Positions 7,396 to 17,263 of a stretch of 64,000 nt of DNA are shown here, piece by piece (position 1 is the first letter of the stretch; each line of letters starts with the position of its first letter). The DNA is taken from contig JAFTAR010000198.1 in the NCBI GenBank assembly GCA_017455495.1, forward strand, positions 9,536 through 73,535. The letters run 5' to 3'. The stretch is from Prevotella sp. (GTDB lineage: Bacteria > Bacteroidota > Bacteroidia > Bacteroidales > Bacteroidaceae). Below the pieces are notes generated by a model. The model searched no databases. It saw only the letters and a list, made by a program, of their open reading frames with translations, and was not told where the DNA came from. Both the position numbers and the translations under genes were made by a program.

Positions 7396-10068
7396 ATGGA
7401 GACACAAGCCATAAATAACTTCAACGCAGAGCAGCAGGCCGTGATAGAGGCCACGGGCGGCTACCATATAGTATTGGCACCGCCTGGCTGCGGCAAGACG
7501 GCAGTGCTGGCCGAGCGAATAGCATGGGCCTATAGCCAAGGCGTGCCGTTCGACAGAATGGCTTGCCTCACTTTCACCAACAGGGCGGCAAGGGGCATGC
7601 ACGAACGCATCTGCCAGCGCCTCGGCAACACGGTGGAGGGTATAGACAGCCTCTTCGTGGGCAATGTGCACCGTTTCTGCTCACACTTTCTCTTCTCGCA
7701 GAACATCGTTGCGGGCCACACCACCGTCATTGACACCGACACAAGCATAAGCATACTTGCCGACTTCACTGGCGAGGAAGAGCTGAAAGTGCTGGCAGAG
7801 GCAAAGCTGCGCCAGAGATATTCGCAGGTGATAAACCTACAGCACCTGATGCACCAGTGCGAACACCGCTATCCGAAGGAACTGATAGTTCACCGCGACG
7901 CACTGCCAGGCAAGATACTGAAAGAACTGTGCAAGGCCTTCTCTCTGCCCTACACCCAGGAAAGCACTATCAGCCTATACCGCAACGCGGACGACTTCCT
8001 TGAACGAGAGGTGCTGCTAAGCCTTGAGGCAAAAAATATGCTCACGGCTCTCAATGTGGCCCGCAGGTATTCGGAATACAAACGGCAGAACGACCTCATT
8101 GACTTCGAAGACCTGCTACTGCTTACCTACGAGGCAACAGGCAAGAATGGTGTGGTCGCCCCCTTCTCGTGGATTCAGGTTGACGAGGTGCAAGACCTGA
8201 ACCCCTTGCAGATAGCCATCATTGACCGCTTCACGGCAGCCACGCCGGGAGTGCCAGTGACTGTGGTGTACCTGGGCGATGCCCAGCAGGCCATATTCTC
8301 GTTTATGGGGGCAAAGACCGACACGCTGAACATGCTGATACAACGGTGCGGAGAGCACCATGTATACAATTTCTACCATAACTACCGCTCGCCCCGCTAC
8401 CTGCTTGACATGCTCAACACCTACGGGCAGAAAAAACTTGGTATAGCTACGGAGCTGCTGCCCACCACCACTAACAGCCAGCAACAGGAAAAGGGCGACA
8501 TGGTGCTGGTCTGCGCCGACACGTCGGATGCCGAGGCCGCCATGGTGGCACATGCCGTGAAAATGTTCTACGAGCAACACAGCGACGAGACAATAGCCGT
8601 GGTGGTGCCCTTCAACAGCGATGCCGACGCAGTGAGCAAGGCTCTGGGCAGTGTGCCCCACTTCAAGATTTCAGGCGTAGACTTCTTTACCACAGCCCCC
8701 ATGCGCCTGTTGCTGGCCCACCTTGGAGTGGTGGCTATGGACTATGACTTCATAGCCTGGGCACAGCTGCTGACAGGGCTGGGCATATACAACACCAACA
8801 GCGGAGCACGACAGGCCGTTAGGGAGATGATGCAGCTGGCCATGACACCGTCGGACCTGCTCCGTGACGACAACACAACATACACCTCACGCTTCGTGCA
8901 GGCCTACGAGCAGCAGGACCTGGTGGTGTTCGACACAGAGACAACGGGTCTTGACGTCTTTGCCGACGATGTGGTGCAGATAGCTGCTGTAAAGACACGT
9001 CGCGGCAGGGTGGTGGACGAGCTGAACATCTTCCTGCGCACCGACCGCCCCATACCGCCCATGCTGGGCGATGTGCAGAACCCCCTCATTGAGGAGTACC
9101 GCCTGCATGAGCACCTTGACCCTGCCGATGGATTGCAGCGCTTCGTGGACTTTGCCAAGGGCAGCGCCATACTGGGCCATAACGCTACCTACGACTACCA
9201 GATAATGGAGCACAACATGAGGCACCACGCCCAAGGACTGTCCATGTACAGCCTCTGGCCACAGTATTTCGACACGCTGAAGCTGGCCCACCTGCTCCAT
9301 CCCCGGCAGAAGAGCTACAAGCTGCGCGACCTGCTGGTGCAGCTGAACCTGGAAGGCCACAACTCACACCTGGCCAACGACGACATCATGGCAACACTCA
9401 GCCTGACTACGGAATGCTACGACAGGGCGCGCTCAATAACAGGGCGGCAGATGGAGTTCATCAGACTTCACCGCAACACCTTCCTCCGCTTCCGTAATAT
9501 ATATGGTGAACTGTATCACAGCGCAGTGAATAGCCTCTACATCCAGAAGCCTGACAGCCCTCAGCCGCTGCTGAGCATGGAGCTGGAACGGGTGTACAAA
9601 GTCATGGTTGAACAGAGGCGCATTCCACGGCTGCCAAAGCTAAGATACCTCATGAACTACATAAACCACGAGCTGATATCCCCGGCATCGGGCACCTCGC
9701 TTGCCGAACAGCTGCACAGCCACTATCTGGACCTGTCAACACTGAAGGAAGCCGACCTCTGCGGCTCGGGCAGCACAGGCGAAAGAGTGTTCATATCCAC
9801 TGTACACAAGGCAAAGGGCCTGGAGTTCGACACGGTGTTTGTCTATGCCGCTGTAGACGGTCGCTACCCAAGCGCCTTCTCCAACAACTACGGCGACGTA
9901 AACGAGGAGGCCCGTAAATTCTATGTGGCACTCTCCAGGGCGCGCCACAGGCTCATCATAACCTACAGCCAGCAGTACACCACCCCTTGGGGGCGCACAT
10001 ACCAGCAGAAACTCACACCCTACATGGAGAGCATCATGCCATATTTTGAACTGTACGTGCCACAGTAA
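7396..10068 (+). CDS. UvrD/REP-family helicase with inserted DEDDh 3'-5' exonuclease domain
   Basis: Helicase motifs APPGCGKT, LTFTNRAA, VDEVQD, GDAQQAIF, NYRS, TVHKAKGLEF and FYVALSRA. Exonuclease motifs FDTETTGL, GHNATYD and HLANDD. Promoter TACCTTTG at about 7376. Confidence 0.9.
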   Translation: METQAINNFNAEQQAVIEATGGYHIVLAPPGCGKTAVLAERIAWAYSQGVPFDRMACLTFTNRAARGMHERICQRLGNTVEGIDSLFVGNVHRFCSHFLFSQNIVAGHTTVIDTDTSISILADFTGEEELKVLAEAKLRQRYSQVINLQHLMHQCEHRYPKELIVHRDALPGKILKELCKAFSLPYTQESTISLYRNADDFLEREVLLSLEAKNMLTALNVARRYSEYKRQNDLIDFEDLLLLTYEATGKNGVVAPFSWIQVDEVQDLNPLQIAIIDRFTAATPGVPVTVVYLGDAQQAIFSFMGAKTDTLNMLIQRCGEHHVYNFYHNYRSPRYLLDMLNTYGQKKLGIATELLPTTTNSQQQEKGDMVLVCADTSDAEAAMVAHAVKMFYEQHSDETIAVVVPFNSDADAVSKALGSVPHFKISGVDFFTTAPMRLLLAHLGVVAMDYDFIAWAQLLTGLGIYNTNSGARQAVREMMQLAMTPSDLLRDDNTTYTSRFVQAYEQQDLVVFDTETTGLDVFADDVVQIAAVKTRRGRVVDELNIFLRTDRPIPPMLGDVQNPLIEEYRLHEHLDPADGLQRFVDFAKGSAILGHNATYDYQIMEHNMRHHAQGLSMYSLWPQYFDTLKLAHLLHPRQKSYKLRDLLVQLNLEGHNSHLANDDIMATLSLTTECYDRARSITGRQMEFIRLHRNTFLRFRNIYGELYHSAVNSLYIQKPDSPQPLLSMELERVYKVMVEQRRIPRLPKLRYLMNYINHELISPASGTSLAEQLHSHYLDLSTLKEADLCGSGSTGERVFISTVHKAKGLEFDTVFVYAAVDGRYPSAFSNNYGDVNEEARKFYVALSRARHRLIITYSQQYTTPWGRTYQQKLTPYMESIMPYFELYVPQ

Positions 10069-10202
10069 AAAACTGACATAAGACAGGAAAATAGAGAAGG
10101 AAAAAAAAAATGTTGTCGTTAACAGATTGTTATTCCCCTTTTTTTGCTATCTTTGCAACCTTAACAATTTTTGTAGAAAAAGACAACGAAAGGAATAGAG
10201 CT

Positions 10203-10805
10203 ATGGCAGAGACAAAAACAATCAAGACGGCACTTATTTCAGTGTTTCATAAAGACGGCCTTGACGAGTTGCTGAAGAAACTCAACGCAGAGGGAGTCAG
10301 CTTCCTGTCAACAGGCGGCACCCAGAAATTCATAGAAGAGCAGGGATACCCCTGCCAGAAGGTGGAGGACCTCACCACCTATCCAAGCATACTGGGCGGC
10401 CGGGTGAAGACGCTCCACCCCAAGGTGTTCGGAGGCATACTGGGCCGCCGCGACAACGAGGGCGACCAGCAGCAGATGGCACAATACGAGATACCGGAGA
10501 TAGACCTGGTGATAGTAGACCTGTATCCCTTTGAGCAGACAGTGGCCAGCGGGGCCTCGCAGCAGGACATAATAGAGAAGATAGACATTGGCGGCATATC
10601 GCTCATCCGCGCCGCTGCCAAGAACTTCAACGACGTGGTGATAATACCCTCCAAGGCTCAGTACGGTAAACTGCTTGACATCCTGAACGCCCAGGGTGCC
10701 AATACCACTATTGAGCAGCGCCGCGACTTTGCCGCAAAGGCATTCGGCGTAAGCTCGCACTACGATACGGCAATAAACCAGTGGTTCCTTCGCCCCCTAA
10801 GTTAG
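10203..10805 (+). CDS. purH: IMP cyclohydrolase (PurH N-terminal domain only)
   Basis: ALISVFHK, STGGT, GGRVKTLHP and IDIGGISLIRAAAKN. About 200 aa, with no transformylase domain. Confidence 0.9.
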   Translation: MAETKTIKTALISVFHKDGLDELLKKLNAEGVSFLSTGGTQKFIEEQGYPCQKVEDLTTYPSILGGRVKTLHPKVFGGILGRRDNEGDQQQMAQYEIPEIDLVIVDLYPFEQTVASGASQQDIIEKIDIGGISLIRAAAKNFNDVVIIPSKAQYGKLLDILNAQGANTTIEQRRDFAAKAFGVSSHYDTAINQWFLRPLS

Positions 10806-10918
10806 GGGGATGGGGGTCTGAACAGGACTAATTATAAATGATTGTAAATAAATAATAAAAGTATAACATGACGGGTTGGGGGGCCGTTCAGACCTCCCAA
10901 CCCCCTAACTTAGGGGGC
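10792..10918. repeat. inverted pair of REP-like palindromes
   Basis: GCCCCCTAAGTTAGGGGGATGGGGGTCTGAAC ... GTTCAGACCTCCCAACCCCCTAACTTAGGGGGC. Confidence 0.85.
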
Positions 10919-10924
10919 TTATAT

Positions 10925-11947
10925 ATGGGATTTTTCAGTTTCCGACAAGAGCTGGCCATGGACCTTGGCACAGCCAACACCATTATCATCAGTGATGACA
11001 AGATAGTGGTAGACGAACCCAGCGTGGTGGCCATGGACCGCCGCACGGACAAGATGATAGCCGTGGGCGAGAAGGCCAAGATGATGTATGAGAAGACTCA
11101 CGACAACATACGTACTGTACGTCCGCTTCGCGACGGTGTGATAGCCGACTTCTCTGCCTGCGAGCAGATGATGCGCGGACTTATCAAGATGGTGCATACC
11201 GGCCACCACATCTTCTCGCCTTCGCTGAGAATGGTTATCGGCGTGCCCTCAGGCTCTACCGAGGTGGAGCTGCGCGCCGTACGCGACTCTGCAGAGCATG
11301 CCGACGGCCGCGATGTGTACCTCATCTTCGAGCCTATGGCAGCTGCTATTGGCATAGGCATTGACGTGGAGGCTCCCGACGGCAACATGATTGTTGACAT
11401 AGGCGGCGGCTCTACCGAGATTGCCGTCATTTCTCTGGGAGGCATAGTGAGCAACAACAGCATTCGTACCGCCGGCGACGACCTCACGGCCGACATTCAG
11501 GAGTACATGAGCCGACAGCACAACGTGAAAGTGTCGGAGCGCATGGCAGAGCGAATAAAGATCAACGTGGGAGCAGCACTGACCGACCTGGGCGACGAGG
11601 GCCCCGAGGACTACGTGGTGCACGGACCTAACCGCATCACGGCACTGCCTATGGAGGTGCCTGTGTGCTACCAGGAGATAGCCCACTGCCTGGACAAGAC
11701 CGTGGCCAAGATAGAGAATGCCGTGCTGAGTGCCCTGGAGCACACACCGCCCGAACTCTACGCCGACATAGTGCACAACGGCATCTACCTCACCGGTGGC
11801 GGTGCCCTGCTGCGCGGCCTTGACAAGCGACTCACTGACAAGATTAACATTCCCTTCCGTGTGCCTGAGGATCCGCTGCACAGTGTGGCAAAGGGTGCTG
11901 GCATTGCCCTGAAGAATGTTGACCGCTTCTCGTTCCTGATGAGATAA
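10925..11947 (+). CDS. mreB: rod shape-determining protein MreB
   Basis: DLGTANT, RPLRDGVIAD, DIGGGSTE and LTGGGALL motifs. Confidence 0.97.
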   Translation: MGFFSFRQELAMDLGTANTIIISDDKIVVDEPSVVAMDRRTDKMIAVGEKAKMMYEKTHDNIRTVRPLRDGVIADFSACEQMMRGLIKMVHTGHHIFSPSLRMVIGVPSGSTEVELRAVRDSAEHADGRDVYLIFEPMAAAIGIGIDVEAPDGNMIVDIGGGSTEIAVISLGGIVSNNSIRTAGDDLTADIQEYMSRQHNVKVSERMAERIKINVGAALTDLGDEGPEDYVVHGPNRITALPMEVPVCYQEIAHCLDKTVAKIENAVLSALEHTPPELYADIVHNGIYLTGGGALLRGLDKRLTDKINIPFRVPEDPLHSVAKGAGIALKNVDRFSFLMR

Positions 11948-11969
11948 CTACCACTGGAGCTTTGTAGGA

Positions 11970-12833
11970 ATGCAAAACCTACTGTCATTGCTTGCGCGCT
12001 CCTTCCACTGGCTGCTCTTCATAGTGCTGGAGGGCATCAGTGTGGCATTGCTGTTCAGCTACAACAGCTATCAGGGCAGTGTGTGGGTATCGTCGGCAAA
12101 CTCAGTGGCAGGAAAGGTATACGAGTGGCAGTCGGGAGTGGAGCAGTACTTCGGACTGAAGAGCCGCGCACAGGACCTTGCCCTGCGCAACTACCGCTTA
12201 GAGCTGGAGCTGAGCAAGGCCCGTGCCATGCTGCACGAGCTGGCTCCAGATACTGCTGCCACCGACAGCCTAATGCAGCAGGCCTACAGCAACCTGCACC
12301 TCGTGCCGGCACAGGTGGTGGCAAGCACCCTTGACCACCCCGACAACCTCATAACCATTGACCGCGGCCTGAGAGACGGAATAAAGCCCGACATGGGAGT
12401 GGTGAGCGGCATGGGAGTGGTAGGCGTGGTGTATATGGCAGGCGAGCACTACTCGGTGGTGCTGCCCCTGCTAAACAGCCACTCACGCATAAGCTGCGCC
12501 ATACGCGGCAGCCAGTACTTCGGCTACCTGATGTGGGACGGGCGCAACCCGGCCTTGGCTTATATGGAAGACGTGCCACGGCATGCACAGTTCAACAGCG
12601 GCCAGTGGGTGGAGACAAGCGGCTTCTCGGCCATATTCCCTCCGGGCATCACCGTGGGCCAGATAACAGGTATAGGCAACTCGGCCGACGGACTGTCCTA
12701 CCGCCTCACCATACGTTTGTCAGCAGACTTCGGCAACCTCAGGGACGTGTTTGTAATAGACAACAGTGAAATGGACTACGACGAGCGCCACAGCCTGCTA
12801 CAGGCCGCACGCGACTCACTGCGCAACCACTAA
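11970..12833 (+). CDS. mreC: rod shape-determining protein MreC
   Basis: N-terminal TM, coiled coil, ITIDRG..DG, GVVG and TSG..IFP.GI motifs. Synteny with mreB. Confidence 0.93.
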   Translation: MQNLLSLLARSFHWLLFIVLEGISVALLFSYNSYQGSVWVSSANSVAGKVYEWQSGVEQYFGLKSRAQDLALRNYRLELELSKARAMLHELAPDTAATDSLMQQAYSNLHLVPAQVVASTLDHPDNLITIDRGLRDGIKPDMGVVSGMGVVGVVYMAGEHYSVVLPLLNSHSRISCAIRGSQYFGYLMWDGRNPALAYMEDVPRHAQFNSGQWVETSGFSAIFPPGITVGQITGIGNSADGLSYRLTIRLSADFGNLRDVFVIDNSEMDYDERHSLLQAARDSLRNH

Positions 12834-12866
12834 GAAAAGAAAAAGCTCACAGACACTCAGAATGGC

Positions 12867-13358
12867 ATGACTATAATATACCGACTTCTGGCCTTCGCTT
12901 CGCTGCTGCTGGTTCAGGCACTAATGCTGAACCGCATACAGCTGTTCCACTGTGCCGTGCCGCTGCTCTACGTATATTTCGTCATCAGCTTCAGAAGGGG
13001 CTACCCCAAATGGGGCATACTGCTGTGGAGCTTTTTCCTTGGCTTGGCAGCCGACATGTTTACAAACACGCCCGGAGTGGCTGCCGCCTCGCTCACGCTG
13101 ACGGGACTGCTACAGCCATACTTCATAGAGCTGCTGCTGCCTCACGATGCCGAGGACAATATCAGGGCTGCCGCCACAACGCTGGGATTCTGGCGCTTCT
13201 TCACTCTGGCACTGCTGCTCACACTGGTGTTCTGCCTTGCATACTTCGCTCTCGAGCAGTTCACATTCTTCAACTGGACCTACTGGCTCAGCTGTGCAGG
13301 TGGCAGCACCATTGTCACCCTTATGCTCATCATTGCTATTGAAGGACTGAGAAAATAG
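12867..13358 (+). CDS. mreD: rod shape-determining protein MreD
   Basis: Hydrophobic 163 aa with F.LGL..D.F...PG. Synteny. Confidence 0.9.
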   Translation: MTIIYRLLAFASLLLVQALMLNRIQLFHCAVPLLYVYFVISFRRGYPKWGILLWSFFLGLAADMFTNTPGVAAASLTLTGLLQPYFIELLLPHDAEDNIRAAATTLGFWRFFTLALLLTLVFCLAYFALEQFTFFNWTYWLSCAGGSTIVTLMLIIAIEGLRK

Positions 13359-13371
13359 CACCGCGCTCAAG

Positions 13372-15222
13372 ATGAAGGACTACGGGCTGGAATACAGGAA
13401 ATACGTGGTGGGTGCCGTTGCGGCGCTCATCGTCACCATATATATTGCCAGGCTATTCACCCTTCAGCTCACCAGCGATGACTACAAGAAGAATGCCGAC
13501 TCAAACGCCTTCCTTAAGAAAATAGACTATCCCTCACGCGGAATAATAACCGACCGCCAAGGCCGCCTCATGGTGTACAACCAGCCCTCTTACGACATCA
13601 TGATAGTGGAAAACGAGGCAAAGGACCGCTTTGACACCCTTGAGCTGTGCCAGACGCTGAACATCAGCCGCGAAGATTTTCTGAGGCGCATTGAAACCAT
13701 GCGCGACCGCAACAAAAATCCCGGATATTCACGCTACACCCAGCAACTGCTGCTTAGCCAGCTGAGCGACCAGGACTTCAGCTATTTTCAGGAGAAGGCC
13801 TACCGCTTCCCCGGATTCTATGTTCAGCGGCGCAGCATCAGGCAGTATGAATATCCCTATGCTGCCCATGTGCTTGGCGACGTGGCAGAGGTGAGTCCGG
13901 CCGACATAGAGGCCGACGACTACTATCAGCCCGGCGACTATATAGGCAAGCTTGGCGTAGAGCGCTTCTACGAGCGGCAGCTGCGTGGAGAGAAGGGCGT
14001 GGAGATACTGCTTCGCGATGCCCATGGACGCATACAGGGCCGCTACATGAACGGACAGCTGGACCGCAAGCCAGTGCCGGGAAAGAACCTCACACTCTCC
14101 ATAGACCTTGACCTGCAAGCCCTGGGCGAGCGCCTGCTTGAGGGAAAGATAGGCAGCATAGTGGCAATAGAACCACAGACGGGCGAAGTGCTCTGCATGG
14201 TAAGCTCACCAGGCTACGACCCACGTATCATGGTTGGTCGCCAGCGCTCCCAGAGCCACCGACTGCTTGGGCAGGACCCTTGGAAGCCACTGCTCAACCG
14301 CAGCATCATGGGACAATATCCTCCCGGCAGTACCTTCAAGACAACGCAAGGCCTAACCTTTCTAAGCGAAGGCATCATAACGCCGCAGACGCCATATCCC
14401 TGCTACCGCGGCTTCGTGTTCAAGGGTCTCAGGGTGGGATGTCACGGACACGGTTCGCCATTGCCTTTAGTACCCGCAATAAGTACCTCCTGCAACGGCT
14501 TCTTCTGCTGGGGACTGTATTACATGCTTGGCAAGACATCAAAATACGGCAATGTGCAGACAGCCATGAACCGCTGGCGAGACTACATGGTGAGCATGGG
14601 GTTCGGCTATCCCCTTGGCATCGACCTGCCGGGCGAGAAGCGTGGACTCATTCCCAATGCACAGTTCTATGACAATGCCTACAGAGGCTCATGGAGCGGA
14701 CTCACCATAATCTCAATAGCCATAGGCCAGGGCGAGGTAAACGCCACTCCGCTCCAGATAGCCAACCTGGGAGCCACCATTGCCAACAGGGGATGGTTCA
14801 TCACCCCCCATGTAGTCCGTGAGATAGAAAACGACACCCTTGACTCCATATATACACAGCCACGCCACACCATGGCTCCTGAATGGGCCTACGACTACAT
14901 AGTGAAAGGCATGCGCTCGGCAGCCCTCGGCGGTACCTGCAAAGGCCTGGCAGGCTATGACTTCACTCCCTGCGGCAAGACGGGTACGGCTCAGAACCGC
15001 GGTCACGACCACTCAGTGTTCATGGGCTTTGCACCTATGGACTCAGCACGCATAGCAGTGGCAGTATATGTGGAGAACGGCGGCTGGGGAGCCACCTACG
15101 GCGTGCCTATTGGTGGCCTTATCATGGAGCAGTATCTCAAGGGGCACTTGTCCGAGGCTTCTGAACGCAAAGCCACAGAGATACAAAACAGAAGAATAAA
15201 CTACGGTTCAGGCGACAGGTAA
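13372..15222 (+). CDS. mrdA: penicillin-binding protein 2
   Basis: RG.I.DR, YPPGSTFK (SxxK), SCN (SxN) and GKTGTAQN (KTG). Confidence 0.95.
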   Translation: MKDYGLEYRKYVVGAVAALIVTIYIARLFTLQLTSDDYKKNADSNAFLKKIDYPSRGIITDRQGRLMVYNQPSYDIMIVENEAKDRFDTLELCQTLNISREDFLRRIETMRDRNKNPGYSRYTQQLLLSQLSDQDFSYFQEKAYRFPGFYVQRRSIRQYEYPYAAHVLGDVAEVSPADIEADDYYQPGDYIGKLGVERFYERQLRGEKGVEILLRDAHGRIQGRYMNGQLDRKPVPGKNLTLSIDLDLQALGERLLEGKIGSIVAIEPQTGEVLCMVSSPGYDPRIMVGRQRSQSHRLLGQDPWKPLLNRSIMGQYPPGSTFKTTQGLTFLSEGIITPQTPYPCYRGFVFKGLRVGCHGHGSPLPLVPAISTSCNGFFCWGLYYMLGKTSKYGNVQTAMNRWRDYMVSMGFGYPLGIDLPGEKRGLIPNAQFYDNAYRGSWSGLTIISIAIGQGEVNATPLQIANLGATIANRGWFITPHVVREIENDTLDSIYTQPRHTMAPEWAYDYIVKGMRSAALGGTCKGLAGYDFTPCGKTGTAQNRGHDHSVFMGFAPMDSARIAVAVYVENGGWGATYGVPIGGLIMEQYLKGHLSEASERKATEIQNRRINYGSGDR

Positions 15223-15224
15223 AA

Positions 15225-15560
15225 CCAGTGAAAAACATTGTGGATAAACCTGTGAATAACGTTGTGCATAACAACAGCACACTTTATACACCTTGGAAAA
15301 ACACATGTTTATGAATAGAAAATAATAAAGTTTTCCACCATTTCTTGCATGAAAAAGATTTAAACTTAGTAATTTTGCACCGAAATAAGAAATTGTGGAT
15401 AACTGACATTAATAATTAAAAATCAGACACTAAAAATAAACACTGCCTGTTGGAAACACTGAAACCTAAAGTTGAAAAACAAATGAGCAAGAAAAACACA
15501 TACGAGTTTTTCACATATCCACAGCACATCATACAATACATACCTATTTTAAAAGAAAAG
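15225..15560. other. candidate chromosomal replication origin (oriC), DnaA-box cluster
   Basis: AT-rich intergenic region with TGTGGATAA at 15239 and 15394, TGTGAATAA at 15251, TGTGCATAA at 15263, and near matches at 15284, 15331, 15507 and 15515. Confidence 0.75.
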
Positions 15561-15585
15561 AAATAAAAAAAGAGATAATAATAAG

Positions 15586-16590
15586 ATGTTGAAAAAGCAA
15601 TGGACTGAACAGGGCTTCATTGATGAAGCCCCGGCAGCAGGACAGCAGTGGACTGCTGAAGAGCTGAAGAAAGAGATACGCCGCTTGTGCGAGGAGAAGG
15701 ATGCCATAATCCTTGCCCATTACTATACCACAGGCGACATTCAGGAAGTGGCCGACTTCGTTGGCGACTCGCTGGCCTTGGCACGCAAGGCAGCTCAGAC
15801 TGATGCCAAGATGATGGTTATGGCGGGTGTGCACTTCATGGCTGAGACATGCAAGCTGCTGTCTCCGGAAAAGACGGTGCTATGCCCTGACCTTAACGCC
15901 GGCTGCTCGCTTGCCGACAGTTGTAAGGCTGAGGACTTGAAGAAGTTCAAGGAAGAGCATCCAGGCTATCAGGTGATAAGCTATGTGAACACCACCGCTG
16001 CCGTGAAGGCCCTTACAGATGTGGTGGTGACAAGCGGAAATGCTAAGAAGGTGGTTGACCAGCTGCCAAAGGACGCAAAGCTTATATTTGGTCCGGACTA
16101 TAATTTAGGAAACTATATCAACGAGGTGACAGGCCGCCAGATGCTTCTATGGCAGGGAGGCTGCCATGTACACGAGCGTTTCTCGGTAAACAAGATTATC
16201 GAGCTGAAAAAGCAGTACCCTGATGCCGTAGTGATGGCCCACTTGGAGTGTAAGGCTCCTGTACTTGCTGTTGCCGATGTTAAAGGCTCTACTGCCGACA
16301 TGCTCCGCTATGCACAGGAAAGCACCACCAAGCAGTTTATAGTGGCTACTGAGGCAGGTATTCTGCACGAGATGCAGCGCACATGTCCGGATAAGGAATT
16401 CATACCAGTGCCGCCTGAGATTAGCGAGAGCGGCCTTGAGTGCTCCTGTAACGAATGTCAGTATATGAAGATGAATACACTCATCAAAATATACAACTGT
16501 CTGCGCTACGAGTGGCCCTCAATTGAGATTGACCACGCTCTTGCTGAACAGGCTGTTAAGCCAATAGAGAGAATGTTGCAGCTGAGTTAA
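15586..16590 (+). CDS. nadA: quinolinate synthase A
   Basis: ILAHYY, GDSL.LA, GVHFMAE, AGCSLAD, YVNT, C.VH, AHLEC and C.YMK motifs. Confidence 0.96.
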   Translation: MLKKQWTEQGFIDEAPAAGQQWTAEELKKEIRRLCEEKDAIILAHYYTTGDIQEVADFVGDSLALARKAAQTDAKMMVMAGVHFMAETCKLLSPEKTVLCPDLNAGCSLADSCKAEDLKKFKEEHPGYQVISYVNTTAAVKALTDVVVTSGNAKKVVDQLPKDAKLIFGPDYNLGNYINEVTGRQMLLWQGGCHVHERFSVNKIIELKKQYPDAVVMAHLECKAPVLAVADVKGSTADMLRYAQESTTKQFIVATEAGILHEMQRTCPDKEFIPVPPEISESGLECSCNECQYMKMNTLIKIYNCLRYEWPSIEIDHALAEQAVKPIERMLQLS

Positions 16591-16602
16591 CTCTCTGCAC
16601 CC

Positions 16603-17247
16603 CTACCCTACTATTACCTTACGTGCCCACGTAAGGTTTGTATCGGCATTGTACATTATTATATATGTAGTGCCGGGAAGGAGGGGCTGCAGGCTGCCAT
16701 CGTCTGTAGTGGTCAGGGTCACACCGTCAGTGAAGAGAATGGTGGTGCCGTCTGGCATGGAGATGATGTCGCCAGACATGCTGATACGAAGCACATCTGG
16801 CAGGAGGCGGTAGTAGGTGAAGGGGCCGTTGCGGGTCATCACACTGAGTGCGTTCTGAGTGAGGGCAGTGATGAACCACTGGTAGCGCCACTGATAGCCG
16901 TAGCCGTTGCTCCACAACGTAAGCATCACCCCGTAATTTGAGTAGAAGCCGAAGGTCTGGGTGTCGAAGCCGTAGGTGAAATAGTTGTCATAGCCTGTGT
17001 AGGTGAAATCATCGTTGAAGTTGATCACCTCGTAGTAGCCTCGCTCCCTGTTAGCCCAAACCCATGTGCCTGCAAGGGTGGCTTCTTCCTCGCTGGGAGT
17101 GCTGTCCACGAAGCTTATGCTGTCAATGCTACTGATGGGAATATCGCTGTGATTTCCGTCGCTGTAGTGTATGCGCATGGTGTTCTGTGCAGCAATTGTC
17201 ATGCTCCACAGAAAAGCAAGGATTATTAGTATAGGTTTTCTTTTCAT
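16603..17247 (-). CDS. hypothetical secreted protein
   Basis: Signal peptide ending IAA-Q, aromatic-rich beta-type core, co-oriented with the upstream genes. Confidence 0.7.
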   Translation of the reverse strand: MKRKPILIILAFLWSMTIAAQNTMRIHYSDGNHSDIPISSIDSISFVDSTPSEEEATLAGTWVWANRERGYYEVINFNDDFTYTGYDNYFTYGFDTQTFGFYSNYGVMLTLWSNGYGYQWRYQWFITALTQNALSVMTRNGPFTYYRLLPDVLRISMSGDIISMPDGTTILFTDGVTLTTTDDGSLQPLLPGTTYIIMYNADTNLTWARKVIVG

Positions 17248-17263
17248 GGTGTTTATGATATTT

